A DNA stretch of 64,000 bases from Ophelia neglecta (taxonomy: Eukaryota): assembly GCA_965285935.1 (NCBI GenBank), contig OZ260664.1:23622001-23686000 (forward strand), given 5' to 3'. The notes under the pieces were generated by a model, which did not search any database, was not told the origin of the DNA, and saw nothing but the letters and a program-made list of their open reading frames with translations. The position numbers and the translations under genes are program-made. Shown one piece after another: positions 1 through 13,800 of the stretch. The first letter of the stretch is position 1. Every line of letters starts with the position of its first letter.

Positions 1-2339
1 CCTGCCCCCAGCCAAATCTGACCTCACTCAACCAATGTTTGTGTTCACTGAACACACATCTACCTGGCAACACTATCTAATGTTCACAGGCCATATGCAA
101 TAATGACCAGTTGGCTGTTATAAGGAAATCTAATGTTCTGTGCTTCTATACATTCTGATACTAGAAAGGGATTTATAATTAAAATCCCAATATGTCATTG
201 AACTTATATTAAGTTTATTGTTTTCTTGTTACTGTAATGGTCTAGTGTCAGCCAGTCAGCTTTCAGCACTGGCTGAACCGGCAGAAGCAGACTTGTGTAC
301 TAGTGTGGCCTAACCTTGGCCAGGCTGGCAGCCAGACAAACCTTGCCTAATATCAACACTGAGATGACATCACCCTCACCATCGATAGCCCAAGTCCTGC
401 AGTCTTTGTTTCCTCTTGCCTTCGTTCATTCTCGTCAGCACCCTTCCATATATTTGCCTCCAGTTATTAATTGATGAAAGCACTCCTGCCTGTTAACACT
501 TAAAATGATGTCAGCCCCACAATTCTAGGTTTTCTTCGCCCTGCCAAGGACGGATCGATTTGAGACATGGATTGTGCTAGTTTGTTCAAAGCTATAGTGT
601 GTCAGTCCATTACAATACGGCTAAGTTGTCTAGAGACTAGTATTCAATGGGTGACGCATCTGTGTTGAACATGGCATTGAACCATTGACATTTCTGGGTT
701 AGGCATTCATTATTGGTAGGACATTCCTGCCACATGCTGGTAACATGCATATTTTAGCTACAAGTACATTTATATGTGCAGCTAAATTTGTGGCCTTACT
801 TGGTGATTATAATCAACTATCAGGTGAACTGAGGTGGCCTTAAAAAGAGATCGCTCATTATTAGGTTTGAATCCTCAACTGTGGCAACTGAAAACCAGTT
901 CATAGATCCAATAAAAAAGATTCTGTTTAACAAAACTTCATGAATGCCTTGGGGAGTTGTTCTATAAATTTCAGTGTTGTAAAATTAGTATGACAAGCCT
1001 TGAGGAAGGCAGGCAATATACTGTATGTTTGTAAAAAGATCAGTAAAGTTGGAGGGGCAGGGGGTTAGTACAGGAAACTAGCTAGAAATAACCTATCTGA
1101 GAAAGGTTTTTGTAGCATAACTGGGGAGCATAACATCTTGATAAACTAGTTATCCCTAGTGCCCTCAAAATTAGGTCAAATGTCCACAATTCATCTTTCA
1201 GTGTTTTGCATGTCCAGGACTTCTGTACCTGTACCTGTACCTATACCTGTACAAATGACAAATTTAGTGAAGTTTGCCAAAAACTGAAATATTGTTAAAA
1301 TGTCTATTGTTTTATGAAGTACATCTGAATTTCTTGTAATAATACCCCTCCTACCCCACTCCTCTCTCTCCCTCCCTCTACTGCGCAATATCGTTCAGCT
1401 ACAGGTTTAAGAAGCAGGTTAGACATAGATTGGATATACCACCCCCTAGAGAATAACTCATGTGAACAAAAAGATTTTTTCCCAACCCTTTTCAATACAG
1501 GTTGATATTTTATAACGCATTGTATAATCGGAGGTTTGGGACATATAAAAAGGGATGCAGTCCGAATAAAGCATTGATAGTGCGAGTTGAGCCTCTCTAG
1601 TTATGTGATACTCCTGTTAATGAAGGCAGTTACATGCAATTGTAGCTCAGATTTCATTAAAAAATATGGCCGCTCCTAGCTGCACAGCAATTATATTTAA
1701 TGTACTAGTCACAAATCCATACTGCTTGCAAGCATTAATCGAGAAGATGAGCCTTTTTATGGTTGTTTTATGCGCTCTTCTGCGACCTTCTCCGAGATGG
1801 ACGCCTCTTGACATTTCCACTCTCCATCTTTTAGAGGCTGTCTGTATGCATCAAGGATTGGAGATAACTCCCTTGGCCATGAACATGGCAAAGAGAAAGG
1901 AAAAAAGTGCCAAGTACCTAACCAACTGCAAATGAGCAAGAAACAGTAGGAGAGTGTTCTCATCTGTTTTGTCATCTATGTTCAAAGTGAGCTATGGTAT
2001 TTTTTAGTTGGTGAGCTGTAATCAGCTAATGACTGTGAATCTTATCTAGTTAATCCTAGTTTGTTCTAGCTGGCAGCTTGTCATTATGTCAAAATCAGGT
2101 TAATGTATGCAAATTGAGGCACTATGAAAAAGAGATTAATTCTGTGTGTGTCCAAGGCCTCTCGTCCCTGCTCTATCCTATAGCTGGCTGTTAGGCCGCA
2201 GGTACTCAGCACGTAATGATTGGATGGCTGAGATTATCCTCAGGCCATGGGCCACTGAAATGTCCAAGGCCAACTTACACTTGTCATTGAACTTGAACAA
2301 CCCATAAAAGTTTAATTCTTCATGGTTCAATAATGCAAT

Positions 2340-3960
2340 ATGGGAAGCAAGGCATTGTTTAATGTCATAAATTCTCTTCTCCATCACAATAAAGAGTCCC
2401 CACTGCCCAATCATAGCTCTGTTGAACAGCTTGCAAATAGATTCTGCAACTTCTTTTCTGACAAGAAAGAGAAACTTCAAACTGATCTTAACCTGGTTTG
2501 CAACTCTGGTCAAATTCCTCTGTGTCCAAAGTGTAAAGCCACTGATGTTTCTGAACCAGCCACAAGTGATGAAGTGAGGTATATTATAACAAAATCCCCT
2601 TTCAAATAATGCGAGTTGAATCCCCTCCCTACATGGCTATTAAGGAAATGTCTGGAAGGTGTTTTGCCACTCATCATGCATATAGTGAATTTTTTCGCTC
2701 TCAACTGGTTCGGTTCAACACTGTTTCAAATATGCAAGAATTCGATCATTGCTTAAAAAATCCAAGCTTTGTAAAGAGCAGCTTAAAATTTTAAACCTGT
2801 TTTTAACCTTTCTTTTTTATCTAATGTCACTGAACCAGTTGTGCCTGCAAGACTTACAGCACATATTAATGAAAAGAATATGGGTGAATTATTCCAGTCA
2901 GATTATTAGCCAGTGCATAGCACAGAAACGACACTACTCAAGGGCAGGATGACATCCTCAAGTCCCTTGATAAAAGAAGGCACCTTACTGATGCTTTTAG
3001 ATCTTCCGGCTGCTTTTGATGCCATGAATCACAGTGTATTGCTAGACCGTCTTTGTAATAGGATAAGTATTCAAAATTCAGCTCTTGCTTGGCTAAGTTC
3101 ATATATATCTGATAGAAATCAAAGTGTATCTGTCAACTCTGTGACCCTAGAAACTAGCACGTCGCTTGTGGTGTCCCACAGGGTAGTGTTTTTTTGGGCC
3201 TCCTTTGTTTACAATTACACATTACCACTAAGTGATATAATTGTAGAACATGATGCACTGTTTTATCTATAATGGGGAGGATATACAGCAGTATTGCTCA
3301 TTCAGGTGACAAGACAGAGTTCTTGGTCATCCAGCATAGATAATTGGTAAATGCAAAGAGTGTACCAGACAAACTTCTGTAAATGGTTCTGTGTCTGTCA
3401 GAAATATTGGTGATGTCTTTGAGGCAGATGGGGCACTGGATAAACAGATCAGTCTTGTTGGTAGATCTGCATTCTACCAGATGATAAATGTACACAGCAT
3501 ATTTGTTAAAGGAATTGTTGCTTACAATTGTGTTCATGCCTTTGTAGCTTCTAGGATTTATAGTTTTAATTCTCTGTATGCTGGTTCACCTGGCAGATTT
3601 CAGGAGATGTTGAATGCTGCTGACAGGATGGTCACGGGTTATCATTATTGAGCTCACATCACCCCAGTCATTAAACAACTCCATTGCTGCCTGTGGTTCA
3701 CAGAATCCAATTAAAAAGCTGCCTTCTTACATACAAGGTGATGAATGGGTTAAAACCTGCATATTTGGCAGAATTGTTAACCCCTTACCAGGCGTGTCTT
3801 CGGTCGCCAGACAAAATTTATGGATTGTGCCAAAGATTCGCATATGTTTGTATGGTAAGAGGAGATTTGCACATGCCACTCCTGCTTTATGGATAGCCTT
3901 AAAATGAGGATATAAAAGTACATTTCATGATCAATTCTTTTGAAATCCAACTTAAAATCT
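2340..3960 (+). mobile_element. Degenerate L2/CR1-clade LINE ORF2 (reverse transcriptase and C-terminal region), upstream of the first visible PAS exon (probably intronic)
   Basis: Frameshifted fragments with typical L2/CR1 ORF2 motifs: HSTETTLLK, LLMLLDLPAAFDAMNHSVLLDRL, LAWLSSYISDRNQSVSVN, SVRNIGDVF..LDKQISLVGRSAFY, LPVVHRIQLKSCLLTYKVMNGLKPAYLAELL. Many stops and frameshifts. Confidence 0.85.
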
Positions 3961-4830
3961 AATATTTACGAGTTCCTTTTGATTGAATACAACTGTAATT
4001 GTATACGTTTTTGCACTATTTATTGGGTAAGGTATTAGCCTACTTTGATCTGCCAGTGTAAATATTGTACTAGTGTATTGATTATTTGATGTCAGTTTTA
4101 TGTCAATCTATCTGAATTGTGTTAGATCCTCAACCATTTTTACTGGATATATGTGCTTTATTTGAAATAAATATAACCATTTTATACTAAAAAGAACAAG
4201 GGAATTGCCAAATTTCTGTTATCCTTAATTGGCAAAAAATCAAGTGTATCTTTGCAAAATATAGAAAGGTAATCAATGTACTGTGTGTATGAAAAGTTAT
4301 GTAAAGCAAAAGGCTTGTTGTTTACAAAATTTCAGCTATACTCAGAACATCACTTTTATTTCAATTGTTTGGTAAATCTATACTTCTGTACCACTTATAA
4401 AATTGGTGTTTTTATTTGGAGCTAAAAATTCCAAAATTGACCGTGTGAATCGCTAGAATTGGGCAGCAGCAAACAATCTCTAGCTGAAATAGTTTAATAT
4501 GAAGATAACCGTAATCTCTATATTAAGTGCCAATGCTCTAATAACTACATAGACCCTGTTTTCATGTCCATGACATTTCTATTATAGTTAAACATGTACC
4601 GGTAGGTCATCTGATATTGTTCCTAAAAGTATTGTTTGGCCCCAGAATTGAAGTAGCTGGCTGTTGTTTTAAGTTATACACATCTCAGGTTAAGTTCGGC
4701 TGGCACTTTTTTCAGAGGCACTAAACACTTCAAAATCAGAAGGCTGCACAAATTAGTTGATGTTACATGTAATGTGACAATGACACCTAATGATGATTAC
4801 AATTGATGTTTCTTGTTATTTTGTTGTTAG

Positions 4831-7800
4831 GTTGATATTCTGGGTCATCCCCTACAGAACATTGTCCACCCCCAGGACCATGATATCCTGGCCAGACAAT
4901 TCACAGACAATCCTAACAACCTGAGCCAGAAACCTCGCCTCATATCAACCTCCTCAGACTCAGGTAAAAAACTACCTCTTTCCTCTTAAAGGTTAAGGAG
5001 CTCACGTTTTTATAAACCAAGGGAAATCTTGGCTATAAAAGAGAAGACATTAATTTATGGGATTTTAAAATGCATAAGTAAATGTGAGTATCGCTTGTGA
5101 CTTTTAACTTAAGATTCATCAGACCAGATAATTGTGCTTGAGAAAGTCTGACAGTTTAATTATGGCTTTCATATGGTCGGGACAGTTATTACACTAAAAT
5201 TAGGTAAAATAAACTACATGTAGTGTATTTACATGTATTTACAAGTAGGTAATAAACCTAAATAGATTACACTGCCAATGTACATGTATGTGTACACACA
5301 TCTCCAAGAGTAGGATTTAATCAACATTCATTATAGTCTCAAGACCCTAACCCTTTTCCAACCAGGAATCAATATATCTTTGTGATGTGCTGTGATTCTG
5401 GTGGAATCTAGAGAGGAAAGGGGTTAAAGAATGTATATATCGAAAGCAGTTATTATGCCTTGTATGTTGACCAGTAATTACATAAATTACACTGATAATT
5501 TATAGCCGGTAAAAATGATAATTGCTGTCTTAAAATGGTTCTCTATAATTGTGATTTTGCCTTTTTTTCTTGAATAATTACTTTTATTTATGATTTGATA
5601 AATCATTTTTAATTCAGAGTTTGACACTCCTGTGACGGGCCACCGTAAATTTTGCATAAAGATGTTAAATATCAAAGACAAACAAGCGAGTAGTTATGAG
5701 ACAATAGAAGTAGTAGGGCACATCAAAACTACTCCTGGAATACAGCCACTAGGAGCCCCACCTGGTAAGTTGACATTTAACTAGGCTAATAAAGTAGTAT
5801 AGCTTTGTGGGGGGGGGGGTTAATTAAACAAGGGACTGGCTTATGCACATAAGTACATTTTGTCAAAAGCAGCCATATTGAGGCATACCATGTAGATGTG
5901 TGAGCTGATGACATCTTGGTTACTTAATTTACCTATTTAGTGCAAAAAAAAATTCTATTTCATATATTTTATATAAAGTGTCCATTTCCTGATGTGTTGC
6001 CTGTATGTTTTACAGGAATGCACCAGCCCAGCGAGCCTGAGGTCCATCTCATTGCCATTGCCAAGATGGTGGTCCGTCAGCCGCCCATGGAGCTGGCCCC
6101 CATTCTGAACAGCAGTGAGAACCAGTGGATCACTCGACATGAGATGGATGGGAAGATCACATATAGTGACCCCAGGTATCTCTAACTGATAGTCAACATC
6201 TCTCTCCTTATTTAAACATCTGTGTGTGACCCACTGTTACTTTTCTATTAAAGTTCTGGTTCTAGATAAGATAAATGGTCAACTTATGATGTCTTGTTTC
6301 TTACTTTTTTTTCTTCTTTTCTTTTAACTTATTAAGAGTATCTTTAAGTCTTGAATGGATTGTGTTAGCATGGAATAGAAGAATTTTTATTTTATAGGAG
6401 ATGGCCTTTTAGTGGATAGGGATGTGATGGAACTTATAAGACTTTGATAAGCTGTCTTTGTATCCCTTTGTAAGATAGATCAAAATAGAACTTCATTTGA
6501 TTTATCATATATATCCCAATATATAAAAACTGGTCAATTGGCAGGCATAGATACCAAATGGGAGTATCGACTCATAGCTACGTTAGTATATTGCTTCCAT
6601 TGTGCCGATGTTACGATTCTCAATAGCTATATATCGGCTGTGCAGATTTTGCCATCTTCACGTCGGTCTCCACTTATTCTCAAGATAGCTACGGGTGCAA
6701 CTGAAAATTACCGGTAGTTATCAACAATTGCATATACATGTATATGTATGTCAGTTGGCAAATGTGAGTAATCCACATGATATCATGTCACGTATACTGG
6801 AAATAAAGATACCTAAATATCCCCTATCTGGTCTATTTAGTTTTTGCCATAACAAGAGCCAGCATGCTACGCCATAAGTAGCGGAAGTTTTATGGACAGC
6901 CATTGTTTTCAAAATAATTTGAAAGGGATCTTTGCATATAGCTACTGTAACATTCCTAAAATGTGTGCACCAGGCAATACAGACAGGACTGGAGATACAA
7001 GACAAGGCATTGGATATAAACAGAGTACAGTGGTCCCTGTTTACAACGACCTGGCCTTTTGCAGTCTTGCCAAGGTCTTTGTAGGGGGTAGGTCTTTGTA
7101 GAGGGTTAGGTCTTTGTAGAGGGTTAGGTCTCTAGAAGGACTGCATACTCTAAGTAGTATGTATTTTCTAAGTAATACATATAAGTATAATTATTATTTT
7201 CATTCTTATGCGCTATCATATTACAAAAGTCATTTTACTGAACACATGAATTTATTTTTAAAAAATATAAATAATTTGTTATGCGAGGTCTACACACCCA
7301 ATAAATTTGTTTGTGGCTTCCTTTAACTAGTTTTGGCTTCCGACAACAAAGGTGATACTTTCTCACCTCTGCTACTATAATTGCCATCGCACTTCACCGC
7401 TAGTTTTCAATTTGCAATTTGCCCAACGGTTTTAATTGCTTTAGAGTACTTTAGGTAGATTCTAGTTGTTACTTTAAATTTTGAAATATATTTTATATGC
7501 AAAACTCTTATTTTCACTAAATAATATGTGGGTTATAATAAAAAACTGTGTTTCTTCGTTTTTGTATACTTGTACGTAATTATTACGATCGTACAGAGGT
7601 CTCTAGCTGTTGCAGTTATCGGCAGCTATTGCCGAGGCTATGCGGAGCCGTATTTGCTAATATGCGCCCGTAATCCGTGTGTATTATAGACTTAGGACTA
7701 CAAAGTAACTAATAAAGAAACATTTCATTTGGGGGGAGGTCGTTTAATACGTTTTATTTCATAAAATATCAAGGATATATCGATGTACCGTAAGTCGGTC

Positions 7801-10800
7801 GCCATGTTTGATTCAGCCACCGCAGTGCTGCCATCTCAAGGTCAGCGACCCAGTTTCAAGTTCACGCGAGATGTGGCGTCAAGGAAACATGGCGGATGGC
7901 GGTCGTTGTGGACTGATTTTCTGACCAAATATGCCCATTTCACGGGTCGTAGGTCGCGCGTTAGGACCGGGTCGCTGAATACGGTGCTAATTACATGTAA
8001 GACACGCTAATGCAGTCCCTTCTGGGTCGTTGTAAGGAAAAAGTCGTTATGGAGAGCGTCGTTGTAAGCAGGGACCACTGTATAACAATTGATAAGTACT
8101 ATTATGTTAAGCTCTCCCTCTGTACTTGACATAGGGTTGTTGTTGTTGTTGTTTGGGGCTTTATGGTCATATCGCCACTGTGCCTACTTGGGACAGTGGG
8201 CCCAATGCCCTTTTTATAGTGCTGCCTCACTGGAGTACCTGCTGTAGACACCAGACAGGGAACCCTACCCAGTCACATTATACTAACACCGGGTTGATCA
8301 GTCCTGATACTACCCCTGAAATACCGGGCGACTGGCAGGGGAGCTATCAGTACCTATTTTTACGTCTTGGGTGACGCGATCGTGAGTTGAACCCCGATCT
8401 ACCCCTTGCGAGGCGGACACCCTAACCACTCGGCAACGCTATGGTGACTTGACATAGGGATAAATGTGATTTGTAGATGCTAGACATGTGGTCCTGTTAG
8501 CCACAGTCTTATATGAGAGCACTGCCAAGCAGCACTGTGACGGCACTTCTGTTGCAGTTCACCAGTGTACTATATGATTGCTTGACCGAGTTGTATGGTT
8601 AATAAATTATATTTTCTACTATATGTATATTAGCTTTGATATAATTTTTAAAAATATCTTTATAATGAAAATATGTGACAGAATTGTCTCATTAGGTGTG
8701 TATTGTGGTACATCTCATATCGTTTACTGTTTGTATCATAAAACCCCTAACCAAATAAGGCACAAATTCATGTCTATGTCAATGACCTGGTTTGATTCCT
8801 CCCACATGAGATGATTGATGTAAGGCCAAACCTTGCCATCAAGTATGCTTATTTATCTAATTCATTGAAAATTGGCATGATGTATACAAGTTACACGTGG
8901 ATATGGTATTTTACTTTCAGGGGTGCTTGGTGGACTGGCTTTATGCCGGGTGAGTCTATCGGGTTGTCAGCTTATCACCTCCTCCACCCTGATGATATTG
9001 GGGCAGTGGTCTCGTTACACAACTCCTGTAAGTCCAGCTGAGTTAACCATCCAAGTAACATGTACTATAAGTATGGATGTGATTGTGTCATCAAATAATA
9101 CATGTACATGCATGTGGTATAATTTGAGTGTAAGATGATAAACACGCTTCATGTTGATACAGTACGCATAGATCATGGTCACGTTTGTGTGACTTGTACA
9201 GCATGGATTTTATGTCAAAAATATTCTAAAAGCTACAGCTGCATATGAACCTTTTGATTATCATAGATCCAATTCCTGGCAGTTTTAACATTTCAATCGT
9301 TGTATAAGCTACCGTTTTTCTTCCAATGTAATTGTGTGTGTTTTGTAGTTTTGTCTGCCGGCCAGATCCCCAGCTGTACATTCAGGATGTTCACCAAGTC
9401 CCGTGACCAGCTGTATGTGCAGACCTCCACTCACATGGTCATTGACATGTGGACAAAGAAACCGAGGTTCATCATCAGCATCAATGATGTACTAAAGTAA
9501 GTTGAGGTCGCTGCTATGACCTGCATCATAGATTCACATTTCTGACCAAAAACTATCAATGTGAGCAAATGGATTGTTTGCTTCTTGAAAAGACCACCTC
9601 ATTTCCATCTAATCAAGTTGCAAGCCATCTGAAATGAAATAATTCAATGTGTATTTATCAGTTAAATTAACCATAAGTACATTGGTTTTTAAGTAGTAAG
9701 AGGTCATTGACAAGCACATGCTTTTCATGGAACTATCCTTGACACAGATTCAGGAATAAGTTCTAAGCATGAATGTACATGTAATATGTATTATTCTACA
9801 AGTATAGCATAACCTATATCTGGTATTTAATACTCATCATTCAAATTAAACATGAAAATAGGCACAGTTCATGTGGACACAATATTTTAACAAGGAACAA
9901 TCCACCAACTACATAGCATTGAATGTCAAATCATGGCATACAGGTTTTAGGCCACAAAAATATTATAAAGTGATGTTTATTTTTTTAATGTGAAATGGAG
10001 AGGTTTTTATTGCCTTGAATTGGGATGGTTCTCAGGCAATTATTATTAATTGTTAGAGCTACTGATAATTATATCTCTTACCTCAGAAGGTTTCGCACAG
10101 GGCCAGTGGCTTTTTATTTTATTATTATTTTTTTGAGTAGAAAGTAAGTGAGAGAGGGGGGGACTTAATTTTATTTATGCTTAAAAACAAAATATGGGGA
10201 GAAATGTGGACAAAGAAACCAAGGTTGGCAATTCCCTATCCTTAACTTTACATAAAGTCAAGTGTGGGGAGATCTATGCCAAGCGACAGGGATGTACGGC
10301 TTTTCTGTGATTTTGGTTGGCGTAGATCTATGCCAACAGAGATGGCCCAGGATGCTGGGCAAGATGGGGGGGGGGGGGGGGGGGGGGTAGGGGATTTCTT
10401 GATGATACTGTGAGCAAGCCTCAAGCCTTGTGGGTATTTTGCTACATGGTACCTGTGTACATATGCTGGCAAAAAGCAGTGATTGTAGGCATATACTCTG
10501 TCTACAGACTTGATTTAGGCAGCGAGTATTAAGTTGCAATGTGTTGCAATGGCCAGCTTAGTAGTAATTGTAAATCATCCTAATTGAATAAAGTGAATCT
10601 GTGATTTTAACAGAAAAAATGTTTACAAACTTATCAATCAAATCTTTTCGGTCACAAAGGCCTCACATTTTGTTACTTCAGATGTTGTGTAAGGATATTA
10701 ATGTAGGTTCTGTATGTGTATATTATCAGTCCACATAATATCTGAGGATATTACCCAATGATAACCCTGTGTTATTAATAACATGTTTGCAAGCAGTTGC

Positions 10801-13800
10801 AATATGACAGATAGTGTATGCGTTTTGTGAATCCTTCCATCCTTGTGCATTTTAGAGAAGACGTGGGACAGAAAGCCCTGCAGAGGCAGGCAGAATTCTT
10901 GGCCAAGCAGGTGGAGCAGCTAGCCATCACCAACCCAGAGACCCAGTCTGAGGAGGAGTGCAGAGAACCACCAGACAGTCTGTCCCCACTCAGCCACAGT
11001 AGTTGTAGTAGTCCGCAGTCATTCGGTAAAGCTGGCAGTCCTATGGTCAAGCCAGCTTTGGAAGTTGAACAATCAGTGGTAAAGCTATTAACTCCATTTT
11101 CTAGTTCTTTATATGTGTGAGTGAATCTTAGCTAAGAAATTTCTGAGGCAAAGGGGCTTAAATTGAACCAGTTATGCATGAAGATATGTACTTGTGCCAT
11201 TATAGGTTCTTAACTCCAATCGATGATGGAGTGGGGTTATATTAGCCACATAAATGTGTACATGACAGGAACATTATACTTCAGTGTGTAATATGACTGC
11301 ATTTGATGAAGAAAATCTTTATCACGATACCTGCAATAAGAGTAGATTGTGTGACTCGCATTACTGCAAAAAGCTCTCTGTAAGATTATCAAAATTTTGA
11401 ATTTTTTTCATTTCTGAAAATGGCAGAAAAAAGACCTGCTTTGGAAACTGTTGATAATACATGCATGTAAAATGTAAAAATGACTATTAAAGAGCACGAA
11501 CCTACTATATTGTGTTCTAAATATCTTAGGAAAAAGTTTTTAAATAAATGTTATAAAACACCTACATTTATTGTAGTTGTGACATTACCGGTACATTCAC
11601 CATATGAAATCCCACTTTGTTAGAGCAAAAATGAAATTGTGGAATTTTGATCCTGCAAATAATATCCAGAAGGGTTAGAGTAAGAGGTCTGGCCTTTATC
11701 TCTCCTCTTGCTTATATTTAAACTACCACTAAATTTATCAGCCAAAATATAATATAGTTGTTGACATATATTTTGGAAGTCAACCAATAGTAACACACAT
11801 GACTGGCAAAGCTTGTACATTCAGAATAAGTTTATCCATAAAATCAGTTTTTTGAGTTTGAAAGGGGTGTGAGGCGGGCGAGGGTGGGGGGGGGGGGATA
11901 AATATTTTAGCCAGGGAATTGAAGACCATACCCTATGAAACATAGGCTTGAAAAAATATTTTTCTACAAATACCCCAAAATGCCTGCAAGTATCTAGATT
12001 TCTACTGTATACCTGTCTCTCCCTATTGAGATACTTTGAGATAATTAAAATGATTAATCTGTTGTTTTTTCTAGGTGAATGTCAAGGTAGGTGGCAGGAA
12101 GTTTGTGATAGACCTGAGACGGAAGGACAAGTTCAGTCCTGGGCCTGGCAACTCGGCCTATGACCCTCACGCCACCAATGACACCAATCACACCATCCCG
12201 CTTGTCACTCCCAAATTCCTGGGGGACGATGATGATAACCAGGCGGATGTTACATGCATTTCCTCCGATGATCCAACATCGGATTCAGCAGTTTCAACCC
12301 AAGATGAGCCTCCAGCGATGGAGGTGGATAGTATTCCCCAAAAGATTCACATTGTCAATGGCATGGCTGACCATCGAAAGAATGGCCACCTTTCGTACAA
12401 GTCCAGCCCAGTTCAGACTACCCGAGTCCACCTGGTGTCAGCCAGCCACACCGTAGTGCAAAGTCCAAACACATCACAAGGTTTATTAGCGGCTCAGGCG
12501 AGCAGTCAAAGCCCTGAACTGAGCAGCTCACTTCTGCGGGGCTTGCTTAAAGACAGCCCGGCGTCAGTCCCGGCCAGCCGACAGACTACAGTCACCGAGA
12601 TGGACCTCATGTCAGGGCCTAGCGACTACAACCCGGCAGCCGGCTCACAGCAAGGCAAGTGTCCTCCTGTCCATAACACCACCAACCCTCATCCACCAAG
12701 TCTATAAACCTATATAACCAGCTTTAGCATGGCAGATTTCACCTTTTACTTAACAGCTTGTAAAACTCAGAATTTCATTAGATAAAAGGGTGGTAATCCT
12801 GAGAAGAATTACCACTTACTGTCAACTACCAAAGTTTTAAACCTGGTCCCAAAGCTCATGAGAATGATACAACACAAAGCGTTATACTAAGTGCAGGTCA
12901 CTGTCTCATGATGCTCGAGTATAATCAAAAGTTGGGCATGTTACTTAACCAACTGCTTAAATAAAAAAGTCAACAATTGATTTAAACAAAATCTAAGTTT
13001 GTTAACATTAAATAACTTGTATTAGGTAGATGGTTTCTATTCCAGGTTAAAGTTGTGAATTTTCTGTTAAAAAGTGAAATATTCTTTGTACAAAAATATA
13101 ACTTTATTGATTTATTACAAACTTTATACATTGCAATATGAAGTCCCTCATTAATCCAACTTATCTAACTTTTAGTTAGGAATCATTACTAACATGTACA
13201 AGTTTGCCACAATGTGAGATTTAGTGCAGTGATTTCCCGTTGAACATCTCACTTGTTACTAACCAATTTTAATAGTGATGATCAAGTGGGGACAGCCATT
13301 GATTGATTATGAAGATTGCACTGAATTAACATGACTAACTGTATGTAGAGTTATAATAAAATTGTCACTGATTATAGACATGCAATGGTGAAAACAGTGG
13401 ACAAGATGTAGCTTTCAAGATGATTGACTGAATGGATTGAATATTAGCCATTTTATTTTCAGATTGGAGTGGAGGTTCATTGTCCAGAGGAAGTGATATC
13501 AGTAGTGTGGAGTCTGTGTCATCTAGGGTAAGAATGGAGGCCCTTTTAATCCTTAGCTTCCTTGTTTACTACTCCAATTCTTTTGTGTGCGGTCAATAAA
13601 ACAAAGCCAAAATTAACTTCATTATAACTGTCTTTACAGTGTTCTATTGGCATTTTCCCTGATTTTCCTATTCCATTAGCCAGGCCTTCTGACACGCAGA
13701 AGTGTAAAGGGCGAAAGTTAATGCTCACAGATTAGGTATATTTGTGAGATGAAAAGATTACTACGTGCATCTGTTAAATAGGCAAATGTTCAAAATGTTG

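Noticed and set aside
1-4830. bHLH and early PAS-A exons of the PAS gene
   Set aside because: No convincing exon found by eye; they probably lie upstream of the window.
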